DNA of 64,000 bases from Eledone cirrhosa (Eukaryota): positions 30,132,001 through 30,196,000 of the forward strand of contig OZ024754.1 in the NCBI GenBank assembly GCA_964016885.1, given 5' to 3'. Every line of letters begins with the position of its first letter. Within the stretch, counting starts at the first letter, position 1. This document shows, one piece after another, positions 52,791-64,000 of this stretch. The translations under genes and the position numbers were made by a program. Below the pieces are notes generated by a model, which was not told where the DNA came from, made no database searches, and was given only the letters and a program-made list of their open reading frames with translations.

Positions 52791-53102
52791 AACTCACTTT
52801 AACCTTGTGGTGTATTCACAAACGAACCTATACCACATTTATACATATTTAAATATGTCTGTAAAACAAAACATATCATACCCAAACCTCTCATAATAAA
52901 ACAATTAGTAGTTCAACTTAATTCAGTTTTCCAATTTCAAAGCCAAAATGTAATTAACAGTTTTGTTGATTTAATTATGTTCAACTTTGTATAAGTTTTT
53001 TTAAAGCTTTGTGTTAATTTATTCACTGAATCGGTGGGAAACTGGCATAGAAAATATTGGTTCCAAGCAAAAACAAATGGTATTCTGTTTGTCAGGTTAG
53101 CA

Positions 53103-53410
53103 CAGAGGTTCTCAAAGTGGCTGCTCCGCGTTGAAAGGTCCAGGGGAGGGGGCTAGAGATGATATAATAGTATATTAAATATCAAATGAAACATATTATA
53201 TATATAGTAAAATAAAAAATATATAATGTATATTTATACATAGTATGTATTATATTATTTATTATATATAAATTAACGATGATTTTATTTATTATGTATT
53301 ATTTACAATTTGCGTGTAGACACGTCTCTCTGGGAATAGGGTTGGGGGTCTGAGGGTATTACGTGGCGTGGAGGGGGAGGGCGGTGGACCAAAAGGTTTG
53401 AGAACCTCTG
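53103..53410. mobile_element. Intact hAT (Charlie-like) MITE
   Basis: Perfect 14-bp TIR CAGAGGTTCTCAAA/TTTGAGAACCTCTG and perfect 8-bp TSD GGTTAGCA (53095-53102 and 53411-53418). Confidence 0.95.
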
Positions 53411-53442
53411 GGTTAGCAGACTGTAAGGTTAGCAGGTTGTAA

Positions 53443-53780
53443 GTCATATAGTCCGGCATTCGTATAGTCCGTAAGTCAGGCAGTCAAGCAGTGATATAAT
53501 CCGACAGGCAGGCAGTCAAACAGTCATAAAGTCCGGCAGACATATAATCCGGCAGACATATAATCCGGCAGACATACAGTCCGGCAGACATACAGTCCGG
53601 CAGTCAGTCATATAGTCCAGCAGATATATAGTCCGGTAGACATATAGTCCGGCAGACATACAGTCCGGCAGTCATATAGTCCGGCAGACATATAGTCCGG
53701 CAGGCATATAGTCCGGCAGTCATACAGTCCGGCCGACATATAATACGGCAGACATATAGTCCGGCAGTCAAGCAGTCAGA
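53443..53780. repeat. 16-bp minisatellite
   Basis: Unit CATATAGTCCGGCAG(A/T), about 20 variable copies. Confidence 0.9.
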
Positions 53781-54100
53781 CAATCATAATTGGGACAGTA
53801 AAATTCTATCAGATAGGTTAGGTAGTATTCCTGTTTAGGAATAGTATTCCTGTTATTAAATCGATTTATTTCATAACTACATTCTTTTAAATAATTCAAA
53901 AAAATATCCCGTAGGTTAAAACACCGAGAAGTTTACTCATTCAGCCGGTTAAGAAGTTCTCTTCATAAGTTTGGCTTTTGTAAAGATTTTTTCACTAAAG
54001 TATGTAGAGTGTTGATTAAACAATGAACTGTGACGAAATGTAAGGTTTTACGATCTCACGACATTCCAAGCTTTTGTTCATTTATATAACAGTAAAATAA

Positions 54101-54177
<77 letters not shown>

Positions 54178-54329
54178 GTGAGGTTTTTTACAAAATGAAA
54201 AATAACCGAGGTGTCCTACACGAGTGAAAGTATAAAGAAAAAAAGATGAAATCGAAAATGCAACTGGAGTCTTATTTTTTTTTAAATATATATTTAAACT
54301 TCGCTATAATAATATATATTTAAACTTCG

Positions 54330-56371
<2,042 letters not shown>

Positions 56372-56927
56372 GTGTGTGGTGTCTGAGTGGTTATGTGGGT
56401 GTTAAGTCGGTGTATTTACAGAATCATTAAATTGTCAGATGAAATGCTTTGTTCTGAGTTCAGAGTTCAAATCCTGTCGAGGTCTCTTTCATCCTTCCCA
56501 GTCTATAAACTAAAAATACCAGTACAATACCCGGCTGAATTTAATCAACAATCGACCTGTGCTAACGTACAATGAACTTGTATGATTCTGTTTCAGAAAA
56601 GACTCTTCAAAGAATGATTCCTTAAGATTTGTTAGAATGAAATCCATGTCTAATCCCAGAGGATCCTAACTCTGGAGAACCTAAACTACAACAGCTACAG
56701 AACATCAACTAAATATAGTGTATCCCCGTCATTGGCAGTCCCGGTTATTCGCGGAATTTTCCTTAGAACTTAACTAATAATTGTTCTTGGAAATCACCGC
56801 ATATTCGCGGAATCGTAAATAACTTCCGCGATTTTCTTATGGATATTTTCGTGGCAATATATATTTTTTCACGCTTTTTAACGCTAAATTAATAACAATA
56901 TTCCGTATTTTCCGGCCTATTGGACGG

Positions 56928-57420
56928 CACTTCGGGCTGAGGAGAGTAAACTCTCCAAGTATCGGTCTCTCTCCGACAGGTTTGCAGTCGAGCCCCTAGC
57001 AGTGGAGTCTTCTGGTGTCCTTGGCCCTAGAGTTAATTACCTACTTACCACTATAGGCGCTGAGCTGGCTAACCGCAGATGTGAGTCTCACGTGATGGAA
57101 TGGCTCTTCCAGCGCATCTCCCTTACCATCCTCCGGGGAAACGCCTTCTCCACTCTGTCCGCCGGGACTGTGGGGCGGCAGCACGTGGGACCCCATTTGT
57201 TCATAATAGAGAGAGATGGGTAGGGCGAGAGAGATGGAGGTGATGACAGTGGGAGTTTGGCTTTTCTGTGTTCGGACCTGGTGTACAGCATCAATTTTCC
57301 GTAAAGAGGTAGTGATTCATCTACTATTATGGTGTAGAGATCTGCCTTATTGTTGCCATTATGTCGTTATGTGAAGTGATTTTATATAAGATCATTTGTT
57401 AATTTATTTCCGAAATATCA
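56928..57420 (+). mobile_element. CRE-like non-LTR retrotransposon 3' end (restriction-like endonuclease C-terminus)
   Basis: EESKLSKYRSLSDRFAVEPLAVESSGVLG...WLFQRISLTILRGNA matches the E..K..KY / P.A.E..G / QR.S....RGNA signature. Confidence 0.75.
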
Positions 57421-57437
57421 GTATATATAATATAATA

Positions 57438-57911
57438 TAATGAAATTATTGTGTAAAGTGCTCAGGTGCACTACAACTCGTCAATATAGTACATAGAATA
57501 ATACACAAATGTCAGGGAAGTACATGTGTGTATGTGTTAGCTGTAGTGTTGGCGGATCTCGGGAAGCATGGAGGCCTTAAAGGATGCAGTGTCTCGACAG
57601 CTAACAACTGATCTGATGCAGGTAGTTTGTTCCATGCTTCAGCAACTCTGAGCGTGAAAAAATGTTTCAGAAAGTCATGGGAACTGTGCTGTTTTCTTAC
57701 TTTGTGGGCATGTCCACGTGTGTTAGACACATGGAAATCAAAAAGGTACTCAGGGTTGTTGTTGGCAACATGGTTAACAATTTTGTGGGTGTTTACCAAG
57801 TCAGTTGCCAGGCGTCGGAGCTTCAATGAATCCATGCCCAGGAAAGCAAGGCGCTCAGAGTATGGTAGATGCCTGATGGAGGGTATTCGCTTGGTTGCAC
57901 GTCTCTGAACA
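57438..57911 (-). mobile_element. CR1-group LINE 3' end
   Basis: VQRRATKRIP..LPYSERL..LKLRRL..DL..K..NTRGH..K..FFTLRVAEAWNKLP. Confidence 0.9.
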
Positions 57912-58217
57912 TATAATGAGAAAGTCAATTTTATTACTAAATTCTTAATTTTTTACGTTATGTTTTGACGTTTATTGGTATTTTTATGGACCACGTCCAA
58001 TATTCGCGGTTTTTCACTCTTCCCAGGTGCTCTACGAACGTGATCCCTGTGAATACTGGGACAACTGTATATGCTGTAAAACCTGCTAGTGTCCGAGCAC
58101 ATCTAAGACTATAACAAAATTGGAGATCGGGACAGCAAGAAGCGAAATTTTGACAGATAATAGAAATGTCTTTAACTAGAAATGGGATGGGAAGGTTGAT
58201 TGAGTTAGTGTGAGTAC

Positions 58218-60693
58218 GTGTGTGTGTGTGTCTCAGTGTGTCTGTGTGTCTAGGTCTGTGTTTCTGTGTGTGTGTATGTGCATGTGTGTGTATGTCCGTG
58301 TGTGTTGATCTGTGTGTGTGTGTGCGTCATCAGCGTGTCTGTGTTTCTAGGTGTGTGTGTCTCTGTGTGTGTATGTGCATGTGTGTGTTGATCTGTGTGT
58401 GTGTATGTCTGTGTGTGTGTGTGTATCTGTGTGTGTAGTTTTGTGTTATTTGTGTTGGTGTGTGAGTGTGTTTCTCTCTCTCTCTCTCTCTTTATATATA
58501 TATATATCTGTATGTGTCTGTCTGTGTATGCCTGTATGTGTCTGTGTGCATTTGAGTGTGTATGTCCATGTGTGTGTCTGCCTGTGTATGTCCGTATACG
58601 TCTGTGTGTGTCTGTGTGTGTATGCCCATGTACGTCTGTGTGTGTTTGTGTGTATGCCCATGTGTGTGTCTGTGTGTATATGTCCATGTACGTCTGTGTG
58701 TGTCCATGTACGTCTGTGTGTGTCTGTGTGTGTATGCCCATGTACGTCTGTGTGTGTTTGTGTGTATGCCCATGTGTGTGTCTGTGTGTATATGTCCATG
58801 TACGTCTGTGTGTGTCCATGTACGTCTGTATGTGTCTGTGTGTGTATGTCCATGTACGTCTGTGTGTGTCCATGTACGTCTGTATGTGTCTGTGTGTGTA
58901 TGTCCATGTACGTCTGTGTGTGTCCATGTACGTCTGTATGTGTCTGTGTGTGTATGTCCATGTACGTCTGTGTGTGTCCATGTACGTCTGTATGTGTCTG
59001 TGTGTGTATGTCCATGTACGTCTGTGTGTGTCCATGTACGTCTGTGTGTGTCTGTGTGTGTATGCCCATGTACGTCTGTGTGTGTTTGTGTGTATGCCCA
59101 TGTGTGTGTCTGTGTGTATATGTCCATGTACGTCTGTGTGTGTCCATGTACGTCTGTATGTGTCTGTGTGTGTATGTCCATGTACGTCTGTGTGTGTCCA
59201 TGTACGTCTGTATGTGTCTGTGTGTGTATGTCCATGTACGTCTGTGTGTGTCCATGTACGTCTGTATGTGTCTGTGTGTGTATGTCCATGTACGTCTGTG
59301 TGTGTCCATGTACGTCTGTGTGTGTCTGTGTGTGTCTGTGTGTGTATGTCCATGTATGTCTGTGTGTGTCTGTGTGTGTCTGTGTGTGTATGTGTGTATG
59401 CCCATGTGTGTGTCTGTGTGTATATGTCCATGTACGTCTGTGTGTGTCCATGTACGTCTGTATGTGTCTGTGTGTGTATGTCCATGTACGTCTGTGTGTG
59501 TCCATGTACGTCTGTGTGTGTCTGTGTGTGTCTGTGTGTGTATGTCCATGTATGTCTGTGTGTATCTGTGTGTGTATGTCCATGTACGTCTGTATGTATC
59601 TGTGTGTTTATGTCCATGTGTATGTCTATGTGTGTGTCTGTGTGTGTATGTCCATGTGTATGTCTATGTGTTTTTGTGTGTGTATATCTATGTATGTGTC
59701 TGTATGTGTATGTTCATGTGTGTGTATGTGTGTGTATGTCCATGTGTGTGTCTGTATGTGTCTGTGTGTGTCTATGTGTGTCTGTATGTGTCTGTGTGTG
59801 TATGTCCATGTGTGTGTCTGTATGTGTCTGTATGTATCTGTGTGTGTCTGTGTGTGTATGTCCATGTGTGTGTCTGTATGTGTCTGTATGTGTCTGTGTG
59901 TGTCTGTATGTGTCTGTGTGTGTATGTCCATGTGTGTGTCTGTGTGTGTCTGTATGTGTCTGTGTGTGTCTGTGTGTGTCTGTATGTGTCTGTGTGTGTA
60001 TGTCCATGTGTGTGTCTGTATGTGTCTGTGTGTGTCTGTGTGTGTCTGTGTGTGTATGTCCATGTGTGTGTCTGTGTGTGTCTGTGTGTGTCTGTGTGTG
60101 TCTGTGTGTGTATGTGTGTGTATGTGTGTGTATGTCCATGTGTGTGTCTGTGTGTGTCTGTATGTGTCTGTGTGTGTGTGTCCATGTGTGTGTCTGTATG
60201 TGTCTGTATGTGTCTGTGTGTGTCTGTATGTGTATGTGTGTGTATGTCCATGTGTGTCCATGTGTGTGTCTGTATGTGTCTGTGTGTGTGTGTCCATGTC
60301 TGTGTATGTCCATGTGTGTGTCTGTGTGTGTGTCTGTGTGTGTATGTATGTGTGTGTGTGTGTCTGTGTGTGTATGTATGTGTGTGTGTGTGTCTGTATG
60401 TGTCTGTGTGTCCATGTGTGTGTGTGTGTATGTGTGTGTGTCTGTGTGTGTCTGTGTGTGTATGCCAGTGTGTGTGTGTGTGTATGTCTGTGTGTGTCTG
60501 TGTCCATGTGTGTGTGTGTATGTGTGTGTGTGTCTGTGTGTGTCTGTGTGTGTATGCCAGTGTGTGTGTGTGTGTGTATGTCTGTGTGTGTCTGTGTCCA
60601 TGTGTGTGTGTGTGTCTGTCTGTGTGTGTCTGTGTATGTCCATGTGTGTGTGTCTGTCTGTGTATGTCCATGTGTGTGTCTGTATGTGTATGT
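58218..60693. repeat. (TG)n-derived compound satellite with 20+34 = 54-bp higher-order units
   Basis: TGTCCATGTACGTCTGTGTG alternates with TGTCCATGTACGTCTGTATGTGTCTGTGTGTGTA. Confidence 0.9.
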
Positions 60694-60800
60694 CAGTGCT
60701 TCCAATGATCTCCAGTAAGCAGTAGATGAAACGATGAATTCCAGTATCAACACGAGAGTCTCGTGTTTATGATTATATCATCTCAAACTATATATATATA

Positions 60801-60832
<32 letters not shown>

Positions 60833-61444
60833 TGTGTGTGAGTGTGTGTGTGTGTGTGAGTGTGTGTGTGTGTGTGAGTGTGTGAGTGTGTGTGTGTGTG
60901 AGAGAGAGAGGGAGAGAGTGTGTGTGTGTGTGTGTGAGTGTGTGTGTGAGAGAGAGAGTGTGTGTGTGTGAGTGTGTGTGTGTGCGTGTGTGTGTGTGTG
61001 TGTGTGTGAGTGTGTGAGAGAGTGTGTGTGTGTGTGTGAGTGTGTGTGTGTGTGTGTGTGAGTGTGTGTGTGTGTGAGTGTGTGTGTGAGTGTGTGTGTG
61101 TGAGAGAGAGTGAGTGTGTGTGTGTGTGTGTGAGTGTGGGTGTGAGAGTGAGTGTGTATGTGTATATGCATGTATTGGTGTGTATATGAGTATGTATGTG
61201 TGTGTGTGCGTGTGTAGGTGCATGTGTATGTATGCGTGTTTGTGCGTGTGTAGAAGTAGGCAGTAGTTTTAGTGTTAAATAAGATAAATGATAGTTTGGG
61301 AAGTGGCTCAGATCCTACACAGCTTCCATTAAGATGCAACAATGCCGTATGACATTGGTTGGATTGGGATATTGGCATACCTTTGAAGCTCAGTGTGTGT
61401 ATGTGTGTATATATATAGATATATATACATATAGATATATAGAT

Positions 61445-61524
<80 letters not shown>

Positions 61525-61727
61525 ATATGTACATACATACATGCATACATACATACATACATGTACATACATACATACATACATATATACATGTATATGT
61601 ACATACATACATACATATATACATACACACATACATGTATACGTACATACATACACACATACATACATACATACATACATACATACATACATACATACAT
61701 ACATACATGTATATGTACATACATACA

Positions 61728-61758
<31 letters not shown>

Positions 61759-62274
61759 GTACATACATACATACATACATGTATACATACATACATACAT
61801 ACATACATACATACATACATACATACATACATACATGTATATGTACATACATACCATCCTGTTTATTGGAGCACAAATAATAGCATGATTCTTTTGATCT
61901 TGCCAGTTAAGTTTGCAAACGTTTGAAAATTTATTACATTTCTGCAATACCTGGCATTGAATCTGCCGTTTTGTTACTAAATACAAAGAATAAAATTTCT
62001 GTGCTTTTGGAGAGGAAAAAAACATTATATTCAGCAGACAAATATCACCAAGAAATGTTGGTAGGGAAATCTTTCAAAAAGCCGCGATTGAAAGCGATAA
62101 AATATCTTTTGTCCTTTATTCATACGAAAAACAGGTCTCATAATTAATACTGTGTTTCTAAATAGTGTTGTTACGGCATAGGAAGTTACGAATATACTGA
62201 TATATAATGTATATTGTGTGTGTGTATATATATATATGTGTATATGTGTGTGTGGGTGTGTGTGTGTGTGTAGG

Positions 62275-62442
<168 letters not shown>

Positions 62443-62684
62443 ATATATATATATACATATATATATAAGCATATCTATATATATTTATATATAATGTATA
62501 TATATATATGTGTTTTATAACAACCTCTGTTGTATTAACGAATGCTTTAAGTAGAATACAATTGAAAGTATACATGCTATACATATAATGTGTGTGTAAA
62601 TATAATTGTGCTGGTCTTTGTATGTGTATGAATATGTGTATGTGTATGTGTTTCTATATGTATTACTATTAATATATGTATATG

Positions 62685-62772
<88 letters not shown>

Positions 62773-62773
62773 G

Positions 62774-62839
<66 letters not shown>

Positions 62840-62841
62840 GA

Positions 62842-62885
<44 letters not shown>

Positions 62886-63491
62886 TCCGTTTTCCAAACA
62901 TCCCCAGATTGGAAAGGTGTTAATGCTAGCTAATAAAATGATATACAGAATACAAACAGTAAAGTGCGTAAAAAGGATTTATCGGCTTTTCAGGGCTACG
63001 TGGCCTTTTATCTCGTAAAGATTAAACAGATATACAAGGATCATAAGATGAAGTTAAAACACTATCTTTACCTTGCTAATCTAAGTGGTCGTATATTTCA
63101 TGCAGGGATAAATAGATAGATATATGAGGCTAGAAGGGATCCACCAGGTTTCTAAATACCTAAGACATGCCGTATTTCTAGTAAAATCCATTTAAGGTGG
63201 AATTGCTATTGATTATTTTCCTTTAATAACGAAATCTAGGAAGCTAATGTTGTTTGTTAGCTTCTGATATGATGTTTACTATCGAGAGTTAAATCGTATG
63301 CGAGGAATAATAAACCCTGAAAACATTGCATCATGGAGGGGTACTATATTTGTTTCACTAAATTATCCCTGAGAAAACGGTCGAGCATCTACAAGAAATT
63401 TGAAACAATCTTTTCCCTTACCATCTTTCTATAACACAATCAATCGTTTTAATCTCGTGATCCGTGAGTTTATCTAAGACTGCATGTACGA

Positions 63492-64000
63492 ATAATAATT
63501 GTTTCTACTTTTGGCACAAGACCATCAAATACCCAGTACATTACTGGTACTTTATTTTATCGACCCCGTAAGGATGAAAGGCAAAGTTAACCTCGACGGG
63601 ATTTCAACTCAGACGATAAAGGGCCGTAACTCATAATAATTGTTTCTACTTTTGGCACAAGGCCAGCAATTACTCAGTATATTACTGGTACTTTAGTTTA
63701 TCGACCCCGTAAGGATGAAAGACAAAGTTAACCTAGGCGGGATTTGAACTCAGACGATAAAGGGCCGTAACTCATAATAATTGTTTCTACTTTTGGCACA
63801 AGGCCAGCAATTACTCAGTGTATTACTGGTACTTTATTTTATTGGCGCCGTAAGGATGAAAGGCAAAGTTAACCTCGGCGGGATTTGAACTCAGATCATA
63901 AAGGGAAGTAACTCTATGCTTCAAAGCATGGCGTCCGAACCTTACTGATACTGCCAATCCACCGCCCTCATAACCGTAACTCATAATAATTGTTTCTACT
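63492..64000 (-). mobile_element. Tandem array of SINE family A running off the window end
   Basis: Units begin ATAATAATTGTTTCTAC at 63492, 63633, 63774 and 63983. Two units are 141 bp and one is full length. Confidence 0.92.

Larger units (their letters stand above)
56714..58069. mobile_element. Old Tigger/pogo-like MITE split by two LINE insertions
   Basis: TATTCGCGG motifs on both flanks, and a right end GTGAATACTGGGACAACTG-TA. The left TIR is degenerate. Confidence 0.5.

Overview
This is AT-rich eukaryotic DNA, intergenic or intronic. Its SINE families and microsatellite load suggest a cephalopod (Octopus-like) genome; that assignment is an inference. I found no credible host protein-coding gene, and almost all ORFs in the track are microsatellite or satellite artefacts. 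The window is a mosaic of mobile DNA. It holds about 18 copies of one tRNA-derived Deu/Nin-domain SINE, a second tRNA-SINE family, RTE, CR1 and CRE LINE fragments (one RTE with a twin-priming-type inversion), a deleted mariner, hAT, pogo and Tc1 MITEs, and a non-autonomous Helitron. It also holds six Penelope-like (PLE, Naiad-like) RT or GIY-YIG coding fragments and several satellites (82, 48, 27, 74, 76 and about 42 bp units). The main cross-cutting signal is about 9 recognisable type I hammerhead ribozyme motifs plus about 7 degenerate or half motifs. Most lie in PLE terminal-repeat pieces that are embedded in (TA)n and repeatedly folded back into near-perfect palindromes that mimic MITEs. 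In one family, the three copies that reach the ribozyme all break at hammerhead stem II. A homogeneous 31-copy satellite has arisen inside a PLE RT coding region. All coordinates were read by eye and may be off by a few bases.
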